A stretch of DNA of 64,000 nt from Setoptus koraiensis (lineage: Eukaryota > Animalia > Arthropoda), in assembly GCA_048013815.1 (NCBI GenBank), contig CM106586.1, positions 22,258,001 to 22,322,000 on the forward strand, read 5' to 3'. Numbering within the stretch: position 1 is the stretch's first letter; every line of letters starts with the position of its first letter. The notes beneath the pieces are model-generated. The model had not been told where the DNA came from. It made no database searches and saw only the letters and a list, made by a program, of their open reading frames with translations. This document shows, in pieces, positions 23,030 through 36,999 of the stretch. The position numbers and the translations under genes are program-made.

Positions 23030-23084
23030 GCGTCTAGTTTTATCCGCGCGGATAAAACTAGACGCCCTTTCGGGCGTCTAGTTT
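23030..23084. repeat. 36-bp perfect palindrome overlapping a 13-bp-stem hairpin
   Basis: gcgtctagttttatccgc|gcggataaaactagacgc (23030-23065) and aaactagacgccc-tttc-gggcgtctagttt (23055-23084). Confidence 0.95.
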
Positions 23085-26000
23085 CGGGCCCCCGCATTGT
23101 GCCCGGCGGGGGTTGCGCTCGCTCGGGTGCTGCTCGGCCGGCTTGTCAGTGGCGGTCACTCGGCGTTGTGTTGGGCGTCGTGGTCTCATCCGGGCCGGGC
23201 CGGGTCTCAAAAGTGCACTCTCAATTGGCAGTGAGCCCAAATCGGCTCGCTGGCAGTGTGCCATCAAATCAATCTTTTTGACACCGCACAAACATGCCCG
23301 ACTAAGTGGATAAGGGCGCCAGTGTCGCCCATTAGGGCCGCTGGCGGAATTCGCAGAATTCGCCAGCATTCGCAATTTCTACAAGCGCATCATTACTAAA
23401 ATAAATTGAGCCAAGAGTGTGTCTCGTCCAATGACACAAGCGCCAGGCCAGTTTATTATGTAACCACTTTGCTCAACTTTGCTGCGCTATCTCCCATGGC
23501 GTCACCGTTGGCTTGCCGGTTGTCTAGTCGCAGCTTGTTATTATCTCTTTGGATGGCGACTGGCGCAACAGCAACAACAGCCGCAACAACCGCCGCTGCT
23601 CGTGGCTCGAGCACCTCCGACGGGGCCCGTTCGGCGGCCCCGGTCGGGCCCGCCAACAATGCGCGAGAACAAGTCGCGCCGAAAGATGGATAGATAAGCT
23701 GTTTGGGAGTTGAATTTGCACAAACAAATTAGCGCCGCTGCCCGATTGTTGGCGCCAATTGTCGAGGCCCCAATGTAAGTGGGGCGCCCCGATTCGCAAC
23801 TAATGAACTGATATGTGGCGCTCGGGCAAACTCGCCAGCGAGATTATGTCGGTTAATGGCGCCCTTGTCAGCGTCGCTTGCCAAACTGTGTGCCGTTGTC
23901 GGCGGCCCGCAAAGGGATCCGGCCGCGCCGATTGACCGTCGTCGCAGCCGGCAACCCGCACACCGCACATTGTCTGCGCTGCCTGTCTAATCTGTGCCCA
24001 ACCGGCCCGACCGAGCCCAGAGATAAAACGCGGCCACACACTAAGCCACTATTATATAACCGATTATGAGCGAGTGGGATTTTTCGCCGCTTTCTTTTAT
24101 TTGATTGCGCTGTTATTGTTCTGGCAAATCTGGCTGGCTGGCTGGCTGGCCGAATTCGGCCAGCTATCTGGCGCCCCAATTTGCGCGCCAATGTGTTATA
24201 ACTTGTAAGTGTTAACTCGCCGGCGCCATTGTATCGCCACGACTGCAATGCCCGATATCAGGTCATGGTTAATAATCTAGGAATAAAAGACGCACGCACA
24301 TAAAAATAAGAATGTCAGCTTGGCGCGACAATGAATATAATCATAATAACGATAACAGTAATAATAATAATAACAATAGTCATGGTCCAAAAGCCGGGGC
24401 CCCAATTCGTCCTCGAATTAGCCCCGTCTTCGTTTTGGCCGCTTCGTTTTGGGCCCAATCGGTCAGTGTTTGTTATTCTCGGCGGCTCGCTTGCTGGCGA
24501 TTATTGTCGGCCAGCGCGGCGAGACACATCGACGACAATGGCCACCGCCATTCGCCTGATTCACCAAATTCGTGACAAGCCATGACTATAATTCCAGTTG
24601 TCTTATCGACAATAGCCTGTCCTTATTGCTGCACCATCTCACCATTCAATGTCACCCATTTAATCCAGAAACAACAATACCATCACAGCTTCTGGACACA
24701 GCTCACAATTGTAACCGGGCCCCAAATTTAAGACACACACGGGAATAGTGCACAAAGGGGCAAACTCTCAATTCGATTCGGGATTAATGTAGTGTGCTAG
24801 GCCCCCGGCAGGGGCACGTTCGCTCGCCCTATGCACTGCTTCGATGGGGGCCCGCCAAAAGCGAAGCTACCGGTCCAGCCGAAAGAGGGCGCCAACTCTA
24901 GTTAAGATATCGGTGGCCCGTCGACCAATGCAAATATCCCCAGAAATGCCGTTCACTCTATCGCTGTTAGCGACTCGTTAGTTTATTCCTCTCTATACAG
25001 CACCGCGCAATTAGCAGTTAGTCTGGATGGAGGCAGTTGGGGCCCACCTGCCACCAGAGCCCCCAGAACCGAAAAAACAGCACTGCAAACACTCGACGGA
25101 ATCTCTAAATTTTGAGCCTGTTCGCTAGTCAAACACACAGTCTCTGCCGCAGCAATATTGCCAGACAGATACGGAAACAGCAAAAATATTCTTGGCTGGT
25201 TAATGGATAGGAATTCTCGAAATTGGCTCGCCAAACTCTCGGCTAGTGAGCCAGTGAGCTAGTGAACTGTGTTTCAAAAATGAGCCGTCAGGGCCATCGC
25301 AAAGCAAAAAGAAGAATCATATAAATTAAGATGGCGAGGCTCATCTTTCAGTGCAAGCCCCGTGCCGAATCGTTATACCGAAAATGGCCTCGCCGGCAAC
25401 TTGATACGATCGATTCGAGCGACTCGACGAGCGTCATACTTGCAGCTACATCGGGGCTAGCGTGCATATTTTTCTGGCGAAAAAAGGCATTTCATCGAAA
25501 AAGTGAGGACCCCTGAGTGAGAGAATGTCACCAGGTGACGCGAAGGCGACGCATCTCTTTGTTGCAAGACACTCAGACAGCCGCTGTCCGATTTGCGAGC
25601 CTGTCGGAAAATACCCAAAAATATCAACTACGAAATTGGTGGGTATGTTGCAATAGGTAATTGAGAGTTTGTTGCATCTCGTGCGTCCGACTGACTGACG
25701 GGTGCCAAGAGAAAAGAGTCGCTCTCGTTACTATCATCTTGATTTGTCGATGGCAGCTTTTAGCGGGAAAAAGACATTATTGTGTGAAATTGTCGGCATG
25801 AATTAATGAATGATCCGGGAATTCAATGCGCCCTCGATCCATCCCAAACTAAATCCTAAATTCGAAACAGCTTAGGATAAGCTGCTTCGAAAAAAAAAAC
25901 GAAACGAATTTCGAAATTATCGCTCCTCTAGTTGCGACATTTTTCGCTGTCAAACAAGCTCTATATGTGTGCGGGTTTCGAAAGATTTCTGATGTCGGTT

Positions 26001-27379
26001 CTGGGTGCGCCGATGATGAACATCCGGGGAGCCTCAGTGTTACCTAGCGATACCACGCGATTGGTCTGAAAAAATGATCTGTTTACTTTCGAACTCGCTT
26101 TGGCTCGTATCAAATGCAATGAGAAGGTTGCCCTATTTTTCTCACCTTACCGGAAGATCATAAATTGCAGGCCATTTCTTTGGGCGCTTCTCTGGGCGTA
26201 GACGAGATACTTTTCGAGCACCAGTGGGCGGCTTCCGGCTTTGTGCAGCGGTAACCCAGATTCCGTTGCAAGTTGTCGGACAAATTTGAGGCCCGACGAT
26301 TTAATTCGAAGAATTGGAGCATTCGTGAACGAGTCGCTAAGTATGATAATCGTCGATGACATAATAAAAATCACCCCGAGCAGACCGATTCTTTGTCAAA
26401 CATCAGACATACATTTTCTGCCTCAAATACGAAATTATTATGACAAACATTATGATTGAACGATTCAGTTTATTTTGTGCTCACGATTGAGTTACGCAAC
26501 TAGACGCTACATATGCTATTACATAAGCTAAGCCCAAAAGCAACGATGCGATTGTTGATTGGGCCAAGTTAACCAATCGTGACTGACGTTCAACACAACA
26601 GCCCGCTAGTTGCAGTATAATAAATGGACTTTAGCTCTTGCGTTAATCAAAATGGCAACAATTACGGGCAACTCATTAAGAAAAGAACTTATCTTGTTTA
26701 CAATTTGTATCGGCTTCGAATGGCAATCATTGGCCACATCCAAATGGCCGCATACAAATAAATGGATCGGCTGTAATTTGATAAGCGCACGCTGATTACT
26801 AATGGTTGCTCGTGACGCTTTTATGTGGTCCTCAGTTGATCTGCAGTTGTGTTGCAGTTGTGTTGCAGTGTCTGGCGGTGCAGTGAATCAGTGGATAAGA
26901 TAAGCTCGCGAGTCGCAAATGTCGCTAGGCGCGCCCATGTGATTGCCTGATGACTTATCTTTGTGTGTATCGTTTGAATTCAGTGGCATTGATTGAAGCA
27001 TTTTCGTGCTCCCATTGAGTGCCGGCTCGTCCGGATGTGTGTATGTTTATGACAGTGCCAGGCAGCTTATTGTCGCAGCATGCAAATACAATCGTGGGGC
27101 CCCTTTCATTGCCGCCGGAATTTGCATTGTGTGGCGAGCCGGTTGTGAGAATTCTCTGAAAGAATTTTCTTTCGAAAGATTTCAGCGCCGCTGACACATA
27201 GTTTGTGTGTTTGCGCGCACAATTCTTTGGAACACAGAAAAAACTGTGCGCTTTTTCGCTTCGACAAACCACGGCCATTTGATTAATTTGCAATTAACCA
27301 GTGTGCTGCCGAACTTGATCGGATTGGATCGGGTTGTTGACTGAAAAATCTCTGACATACTCATTGACATTCTGGCACA

Positions 27380-27449
27380 AAATTTCGCGGCCGAAATTTC
27401 GCGGAAAAGAAATTTCGCTGAAAAGAAATTTCGCTGAAAAGAAATTTCG
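27380..27449. repeat. ~16-bp tandem repeat with AAATTTCG core x5
   Basis: Direct reading (gaaatttcgctgaaaa-type units). Confidence 0.85.
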
Positions 27450-30400
27450 TCATCGCGAATGCCACCGAAATTGCCGCTATGCGGCGCGCGCGTGCCTTAT
27501 TGCGTAACACTTATTTGCATCGCATGCACTGGGCCAAATGTAACCGTTGTGGCTAATTAATTGCTATGAGTAGCAGTTGTCGCCGGCGCTGTTGTCATAT
27601 ACAGTGTCGAGAGGCGCTTGCATGGAACGAAAATTAGATTGATCGGTCGTCAGTGGGCCCAAACTCCGCCGGGCTCCTTTGCCGCTCTGCCCGACAGGTG
27701 CGGCTCGGATGGGCGACTCTCTGCCTCGTGTTCCCTCTTCTCCCCTGCTCCCAGTTCTCGCTTTGCTCCCTTTTCTCTCTGGCTGTGTCGCTTGGCCTTC
27801 GAAAGAAGCGCTCACGCCCGAGCATGTATATACGAGCATATATACGAGTACATACCGAGTGTATATACGAGTGTGAGAGCGGGATTTTGTTACAAATTTA
27901 GGCGCCGTCTGGCTTTACACGGCTGCCGTTGGGGCGCCCGAGTCGGGCGGCCCGCTGCCGATTGCGAACAACAAGCAAACAACAATTGACGGAGCGCCGG
28001 CCGGTCGGCCGGGCGGGCCCACCGAGCTGGCAGCAAGTGCGATTAAATTATTCTAACCGTTGCTTCGTTTGCCGCCGCTCGTCGTCCCGCAAACAGCGAC
28101 AGTCGGTCAAAGCGCCGGGCAGCGCAACGGGCAACGCGACGGGCAACGCGACGGGCAACGCGGACCCGACCGACGGGCCCGAATGGCGAGCGGCCCGTCT
28201 GATGTTTGTTGTCGGCCGCTCAAGTTTTGCCGGCCGGCACAAATTGTGGCACAAGTTGCCAGTCTAAATAAATTATATTCATGCATTCACTGCACGAGGT
28301 CATTAATATATTCTTTAGATGTGCTTTTTTCCATGTTTATCCGTGCACCGTGCGCGTGTCGCTTGTACCTCGGTCGTTTGCCGTGTCGGTCGCTCGCCGC
28401 GTCGGTCGCTCGCTGTGTCGGTCGCTCGCTGTATGTCGGTCGCTGGCCGGCCCGGCGCGGACATATCCGACATATCCGTGGCCGAGCCGCCAGCCGGGAC
28501 CGCTAGCTGGCCGGCAAATGTGAGCCGGCCGACAAATGTGAGCCGGCTGGCGAATGGGGCTCGGCGGACGGCGCACCTGACGGGACTGGCGGCCCGCCAG
28601 GCCGACGTCGCCGTCAGACTTGCAGATCCGCGCGATATTGCGCTGGCTGTATGCGGCCGTTCGGCGTTGCGCCAGCGCATCATTGAAGGGCGCGCCGGCT
28701 GGCTGGCTGGCTGGCTGGCTGAATTCAAGTCACTTCCGGTCGTCCGTATGGACTGATGACGGTCGGCCCGTGGGTGAGTTGGCGGCCTGCATCGGGCCGC
28801 TGTGCCGCTCGGGCTGTTTGTTTCGGTGGGGCGCAGTGAATTTTATTTAGCACTTTATTGAGTTGCATGCGTATGTGTCTTGCGGAGCTCGCATTTGCCC
28901 GCCGACTCTTACTGTCAGTGTTGCCCGCTAATATCCGGAATTGGCCAGTTTGCGACTGCAGAATGCCGCCGCACATACACACTAATATCTGTACACAAAG
29001 TAGACGTGCCTCTAAACGGGTCGCTGGTGCGCTCGCGGGCCCCGCCGCCAGCAGCCGTCTAACGGCAAACCGACCTAGCGAACGGGCGCCGAGTACGTGC
29101 CGTTGGCCCGCAGCGACCCGACCGGTCGCCGGTTGCTGGCTGCAGAGAGATACACGCACACGCACACCTACTATCGCTGGCGTATCTTTCAATTATGGCG
29201 CTAAATTACTTTTGCGAGCTGGCCCCCGCAAACAAACCGACCGTCCACTGCCGCTCTCGCGCCGTTTGAGCCATCGGCCCAAATGGGGCCCCGAACGGGC
29301 CCCAAATAGCTTCCAAAAAGTGGTTAACTAATTAAATCATGCTGCCGGCGCCCACATCTGGCGCGGCCTCTGCAAACAGGGCGCCATTGTCAGTTGTTTG
29401 CCTCATCAGCGCCTCGTTGGCACGCCGTCGGGCCGGCCAATTAGCGGACGCGCACCGCGGCCCGCGCCACTCCAACACCGATAAACATACTGCTGGCGCA
29501 CGGGCAGCACGGGCAGCGGCCCACGGACAGCGGCCGCTCCGACGAGCCACTTCCGTGACGACAGTTGATGAGTTTGGCCGCTTGAGCCGCTTCCATGTGA
29601 ACGCTCGGCTTGTCGTGTGCGTTTTTTTCTTCTCTCTCTCTCTCTAATAAACAGAAATAATATAACTAATATATAATATGCGGACTGCACGCGGCCAAAC
29701 TCGGATGACATTTTAATATGGGCGAAATGGGGGCGATCGTTTTCAACTTTTTCTGTCAAAATTCGTGTCAGTTGCGCGCCGCCAACACGCCGACAATATC
29801 TTAATTATTTGACAATTACACGATAATGGGCCGCGCGTCACAGTGCCCGCGATGGCGCGCCAAGAAGCCATAATGAGCCGATGCGTGATGCGCCCACCGG
29901 ATCAATGCCAATCCGCTGCCGATCGCCCATCCAGCGCCAATCACGAAAGGGCAAACCGTGGGCCCCAGCGAGCTCTCGGTGCGTCGCCTGTGGCAGGCCA
30001 AACAAAGGCGAAAATGAACGAAATTGGCCGCTTCGCGTAGCAGCGTAACGACGTTAGCGGCCACTTATTAATCAGACTAATTCCATTTCGGCGCCACCGA
30101 TATATGAATACCGATATATTTGGGCCGCAACAATTCGGTACTCGGCTGGCGTGATGTGCCCGCCGGCCGAGCGCCGGTGCCGCGCGAATCAGTGCCCGGC
30201 ATCGCGGCAAATCGCCGGGCCGGCGCCGTCGCCGCCGCATCGCTGAATGGCGCGAATTTCGCTGATGGGCGCAGTGCGCGGATAAAATACCGAGGGGCCG
30301 CTTTTAATCATGTTAAATATAACCTTCAATCGTTGGTGTGCGATGCCGCCCACGCACCACCATCGAGTGCCGCCAGCAACAACAACTAATGCACTTGTCT

Positions 30401-33400
30401 CACAACAGGTCTTGCCGGTTGCCCGCGGACTGACGGTGCCGATACCCGGACACCATAATGGCCGCGTAATATTGCAACATCTTAATATTGTAATGTCGCT
30501 GCCGCTCGCTACCCGTACCTTGGCGCCACCTTTGTGCCACCTTTGTGCGCGGCTGCCGGTTGCTGTGAATATCGCTGCACGTGAAATTCACGCGAAATCC
30601 GGCCAGCGAGCTTGTTGTGCCTGCTCACGGGCAATAATGCATATGAATATATTCAGCGGGACCCGGCACAAGCACCCATCACATATTCATAGTATTAATG
30701 GGCAAGGGCATGTCCACATTGTGCATACGGTGCATCCGATATTTGCCGCGCTGCTCATCATTGCACCGCCACACGCCACCCGCCACCCGCCACTCGGACC
30801 GGCGCCCGGCCCGTCGCTGTCCGCGCACCGGCGCCGGCGGAACGGGGTGTGTAGATCGGAGCGTCTCGCGTTCATTCGAATCGCGCCGAAACGCCGCTCA
30901 GCTGTCCATCCTTGTGCGTTGCCCGGCCCTTGTGCGTTGCCCGGCCCGTCCCTTGTTGCCCTGTTGTCCTGTTGTCCTGTTGTCCTGTTGCCCGGCCCGG
31001 CCCGAACTGGCCCGACTCGGCTGGGCCAGCAAAAGGCCCCTAGCGAGAGCGACGGGCAACGGACAATGGTAGCGGGCATTTGCATTTTGCACAATTGCTA
31101 CGAACCGGCGGCCGGCAACGAGTTCGCTCGACTAGCGACGCCAGCGCCGGCTCGAGGCCAGGGGCCCCAGCACGCCGACGGACGGCGGGCCCCGTGGAGC
31201 GTATATACGCGCCAGTTCGGTATGCTCGTGTACGTGCAAATTCAGTGTAGCAATACGTGTATATACGCCTCAAAGTGGCACTGGCAGGGGAGCCACTTGC
31301 GCGGCGATTGGCGGCGCTAGTTGCCGCGTAAGCACAATTGTCTAGACGCTCACGATGATGATGATGATGACGACGACGACGACGACGATGATGATACCGC
31401 GTTGCCACAATTCGCTTCCGGGTGAGAGCTCAATCAGGCGCAATGGGAGATTATTCTAAAATGGTCGCTTATTATGTAACAGTGGGTGCGCGCGATTGTT
31501 GCCGCCAGTTGAGCCGGCGGCCGGCGTTGAATATCAAGCGGCAAGCGGCCTACAGGTCGACACAACTCAATTGGGGCCCTCGATTGGGGCGCGTGCCGCC
31601 AGTGTCAAGCAATGGCAGCGGCGGCAGTCCCAGGCGAGCGGAGCATTGGCTGTCGGTTGGGCGAAATTGGCGAGCGCAGCCAGTTGAGGCGCCCGACCAA
31701 ATTAATTTGGAATAACAACGCGGCTTGTTATTATTGTTATTATTACTATTATTATTATTTATGTTGCGCGCCCCAAAAGTGTTTGCCGTGGGCTCCCATT
31801 GGCCGCTGCAAATTATTCTTATCCAGACAATTCAGCCAAATTATCTGACGCTGCGCACTGCAACAATATCCAATCCACGGGCCCCACTGAGCCGAGCCCG
31901 TGTGGGGGCCCAACGCAAAGCAGCAGATGAGAACAGAATATATATTGGCAATTGGGCCCACACATTTGACCCATTTAATTACTGGGGCCGGCTCGTTATA
32001 CAGCCAGCACATATCTTGAAACAATCAGCAGAGCGAGTGACAGTCGGCATGTTGGGGCGCCGCCACAGCCAGCGGCCCGAATGACAAATATCCGACAAAT
32101 GCGCTGATAGATCGCAGTCGGGCAGTCGGGCCGACGCGCCGGCCGGGGGCCCCCTCAGGAAGTCGGCGGATTATTGCAGTTGTATTCATATGAGAGAGCA
32201 CGCTGTTTGTGTCCCACGCACTGCGCCACCACCAACGTTGCGCCACCAACACAATGGCATCCTTGTGCACCAGAGCCTCATGTACCAGAGCCTTGTATGC
32301 CAGCGGCCGCCAGAGAACGGGGCCCCAATAAGCGGCCGCCAATAGATATTGTGACATGATGAAATGAGCAGCAGCAGCAGCATTCTTTATCTCTGGGCTG
32401 TCTTATCGGCCGCTCTGCTCTAGCTCGCCGAGTGTGTGTGTGTGTGTTTGATCGATGGCATTTATCGGATCATGGTGATTATATAATATATAATATGCGA
32501 TGCCTCATGTCCAAACACGGTTCCATTGGGGGCGCGGGCCGGGCCGGCGTTTTAATTTGTTGTTGCTGGCAGTCGTTGTGACTGGCAGCAGTCACAAACA
32601 ACAATACATATATAATATATAATATTAATGTAATATAGTGCGTCTAGCGTCAGCCAGTGGCAACTTGCCATGCCACTGCGAGCGGCAATAAATCGCCAAC
32701 GGGCCCCTCTGTGCGCCGACCCGGCCCGGCCCGGCCGACTAGTTGCTGCGGATCAAATTCAAATGTTTGCCAGTCGCCCTTGAAGATTGAGCAATAACGG
32801 CCGGCACGGACAACTGGCTGCTACTTGCTTAATTACGACACTTGGCGCTGCCGCCAGCGCACCAGAGAGGGCGCCAACACGAGCCAGTGCAAGCCAGCGC
32901 GGGCCGGCCCGAGCCAATCCAGAGACACCCAGTGACAACCAATGAGCGACTTGTCGCCGGCCTGATGAATGGTTAGGCCGGCCAGCGAGTCATACATAAT
33001 GACCCAGAATCATTAATACTGTTATTGCCATTATCGTTACTCTTATGCCAGCATTATCAGCCAGCAACTTCTTGGGCCCCTAACGGTGCCAGTCTGAGCC
33101 CCAGGGCCGCCGTCGGTATGCAGACGGCCAACGCGGGGCCCGCTGGCCGACGAAACTGTCAAAATTGAAACCGGCCCGCCGACTTAGGCTTGCCGTGCAG
33201 CAAAGGGGTCGCTTGGTCCGGGGCGGCGAGCGGCCCGTGCCGCTCGAACGGCAAGCTCCACTTGTTGTGGACGCTAATGCACAGCCTAATGTAATCTGTT
33301 TGGATTGAGGCCAAGTCGACAGCGGCCAGTTAAGCACGGTCTGTGCGCAGTTCGATTGGGCCCCGTCGGGCTCCACTCTCAACTCGCTCAGCTCGCCCAG

Positions 33401-35144
33401 CTCGCTCGACGGCCAGCGACCGAGTTGAGCAGCGGCCGGCCAAAGTCTCGGCGCGCCGGCGGACAATGGACACTATTCATGCTACATTAACTGCCACTGT
33501 TTGTGCGGGCTGCCGCCGGGGCGCTTGCATAGCCGGCCGGCGACAGGCCGCGTCGCGGCCACTCGCCGTCACAACGGGCCGGCCCGGCCGAGATATAGAA
33601 GTGGGGCCACCATCTGGCCCCTCTATTAAGTCGCTGCGACTCGATCGATTCTATCAAGTCTCGAGCTCTCGAGCTCGCCAATAATGGCAACAAACCTGGC
33701 CGGCGACCGTTTGGGAGCCAAATGGGAGCCAAACGGGAGCCAGATGGGAGCCGCACGCTACTAACGGGCGACTGGCGCTGACTGGCGGGCTACGGTGCCG
33801 CGAGCCACCGGGCCAGTGGGGCGCGGCGCACAAATGGCGGATAAAACAGATGGGCACACGCAGTGGCGTTGGCGAGCCATTAAGCCCATTAGACGGGCAA
33901 CATATTGTCGGCGACCAGATTAGACGCGCGAGGGGCCCCGATCTGGCATGATTGCATTAATTATCAATATATGAGCGTTGCCGTCGGGCGCCGCTCGCTG
34001 GCCGGGTCAGGTGAGCGTGCCATCTCGGCTGCCATAAGTGGCTGCGAGTGGCTGCGCGTCGCTGCGAGTGCCAGTGTCGTCGCTATGTGCCGTCGCTATG
34101 CGCTGTCGCTATGTGCTGATTGCGCCAGTTTGTTTGGCGCTACCTGGCCGACGGTGCCTATACCAATTAGCGTTGCGCCAACGAGGCAAGACGGTGGCCG
34201 AGTGACGCAAGACGTGCTCGCTGACACTTTTAGTTCAATATTGGCCCGCGGCCCCAGCACCGTCGACGCGGCCCCAGCGCCGTCGAAGCCAGCCCCAGCG
34301 CCGACATCAGCCACGAGAATATCCGCGAAAACATCCACGAGCGCATCCACGAGCGCATCCGCGAGAACATTCGCGGCACGGCGACACGGGCGACACGGGC
34401 GACATCGGCGACAGCGGCCGCATCGGCGACAACATCAGCAACACTTTGACTAATCGACATTAAGTGGCTTGGCGAGACTCTGGCTAGCTGGCTGGCTGCA
34501 AAGTGCCATGATAACCGGCCGCCGACTCACAGCCCATGAGTGGGGCCCCGCGCACAGGGCGCCCTGTCAAGTATGTTTGCGGCACAATTGAATGGGTGCA
34601 GCGCGACAAACTAAATGGATACACTTGATTGACACTAAATTGAATCGAAGAAGCCACTCGGTCCATTGTGTGGCGGCCGGCGTCGCTTCGCATAAATAAT
34701 AGAGGCCCAAATTTAATTTCAATGTTGATGTGTGCCGGCCCAGCTCGGCCCAGCTCGGCACGGTTCGGCCCCATTTCGGCCGGTTTGGCCGGTTTTGGCC
34801 GGCGGAGCTCGGCTTGTCGGGCCGAATTATCGGTGGCTCTGCCTTGGCCAGCGGATAATTCAGGTAACACTAATAAGCGCAGACACGGCGCAAGGGGCGC
34901 AATTATCGATTGTGTCCAAACAAATTATCCACGCCACCAGTGGCGCCCAGCCGAACAACGCAACATTAGCGCATGATCGGTAATCGCTGGCGCCCGAGCC
35001 GCCGCCTTGTCCGGCAAACGTGCCTCTGTCATGTGTGACATTTCTAACACATCGGGACGTTTCAATTGAATTGGGGCCCATTTCTCTCTCTGTCAAGATT
35101 AAGATCCATTTGCCTATTAGCCGAGGCGCACACTATTCATTGTG

Positions 35145-35216
35145 ACAACGCCGTTCGTTGTGGCAACGCCGTTCGTTGTGGCAACGCCGTTCGTTGTGGC
35201 AACGCCGTTCGTTGTG
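35145..35216. repeat. 18-bp tandem repeat (A/G)CAACGCCGTTCGTTGTG x4, each unit a mini-hairpin
   Basis: Direct reading; CAACG-CCGTT-CGTTG internal inverted repeat. Confidence 0.92.
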
Positions 35217-36900
35217 ACACTTGCTGCGAACGAACGTGCGCCCACTGACACATGGATTGAGCAAAACAATTATCATTCCGATCATGAACTCGCCGCCCCT
35301 GAGCAAGCGGCTCGTGGATATCCGCACTGCGACTTAATTATCCGACGGCGCAGCATCGTTGTGTCTTGACAAGTCCGATAAGTGCCAAATAAGCGCGCCA
35401 AGTATCCACGATTGGATATATCCAACTATGGAGGCGCCGCCAGCAGTCAGCATGCTATCCATAATGAATATCCTCGAGGCTGGGGCGCTGACATGTTTGC
35501 ACAGAGTCAAATGTGCGTCTTGAGTGCTGCCAGCTATAGGACAAGTTGAATAAGACAAATGGATAGACAGATTTTTTACTTGCTCTCGCTCGAGCTGGCG
35601 AGCCGGCGAAGCTGTCAGCTGATACAGTGCACAATTTTGACAATCGTGTCACCATAAACTATGTTTTGTGACTTGCAACTTGCAGCCAGCGCTGCCAACC
35701 GGCAAAAGTCGGCCGGGGCCCCATCTCTCATTTTGCCATTTCGACGGCTCGAGCTTCGAGCCGCCACCCACTATCGCTCACAGCGAGCATCTCGTGCTGG
35801 GTGCCAGTCGCCGGCAAGCAACCGGCATAGTAATTGACAGCCAATGGCATTATTTATAGCTGCCGTTACTTTATTTGGCGAGCTGTGACAGCGAGCGGCG
35901 GCGGCGCCGCCGCCGCCGACGACACTACGCCGAGTGGCTGAGAGTCGCCATTGCACAGCGGCTACCCGCTTATCCGGCTGCCCGTCTGTCCGGCCGTCGC
36001 TGTGTCCGGGTGCCCGAGGGTCCGCCGGCTATCCGCCATTCCCGCTATCAGTGGGCAGCACCCGTGGCCAGTCGGCGGGCAGTACCCGTGGGCAGGCAGA
36101 GATTAGCAGCAGCGCCGATTTGAAGGGCACGACGGCTCCCATATTATTCTCACGCTGGCACCAATGGACTGGAGGTCGTTAAATGGGCCCCATTTTGTGA
36201 CATACCAGTTAATTGCCATTCAGGCCAAGTTGCCGCCAGCCGCCAGCCAGCAGCCAGGCTCGGAATTGTTGCGATGGCGCTCAATGTCGCCTCGACTGTC
36301 ATGGGCCCCACTTGAGGCCCACAGACAGAGCCGGCGTGTGCCATTGACTGACACGAACAACTTGGCCAAACAGCAAAACAGCAAGCGCTTATTATGGCGC
36401 TCGCATCCCCAACACCGTTTATATTATATTGGGGGAGACGGGGGCAGAGGGCGCGCGTTCTCCCTTGTTGCACACAATCACCATTTAATCTCGGCATTGA
36501 ATGTGGAGTGGATTTAATTGGAGTGGGGCCCAACTCTGTCTCGCTCTCTGTCTCCCTCTGGTTTGCGGGGCTCCGCGTGAGTCCCGACTCGCCGGCGCCA
36601 ACTGCCGCTGCTGCCGCTGCTGCTGGTGATGGTGCCGGCGATGGCGATGGCAGTTAGTGTATGTGGAGTGGTGTTTATTATCGTTAACGTATTAATTAAC
36701 CCCTCTCGCCCCTCACGCGCCCCACTGTATATATATGTGCGCTCAATAATGTTTGGGGCCCATCTTTTCTCGGCGCGAGCTTGTCGTGAGCTTGTCGTGA
36801 GCGCGGCACTGGCGCGGCGCCAGTGCCGCCGCCGCCGAGACCAGAACTAACGGGACAACAAATTACATTGGAATTGGCGGCGGAGGGGGCGCTTTCGGTT

Positions 36901-36999
36901 GCTTTCTGTCGCTCTCTGCCGCTCTCTGTCGCTCTCTGTCGCTCTCTGCCGCTCTCTGCCGCTCTCTGCCGCTCTCTGCCGCTTTCTGCCGCTTCTGTC
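36901..36999. repeat. 10-bp tandem repeat GCTCTCTG(C/T)C x~10
   Basis: Direct reading. Confidence 0.9.

Noticed and set aside
30310-31320. 336-aa ORF, the longest in the GC-rich desert
   Set aside because: Low-complexity Arg/Pro/Ala sequence crossing tandem repeats, with similar-length ORFs in other frames and no motif. This applies to the many other 60-230-aa ORFs between 11 and 58 kb.
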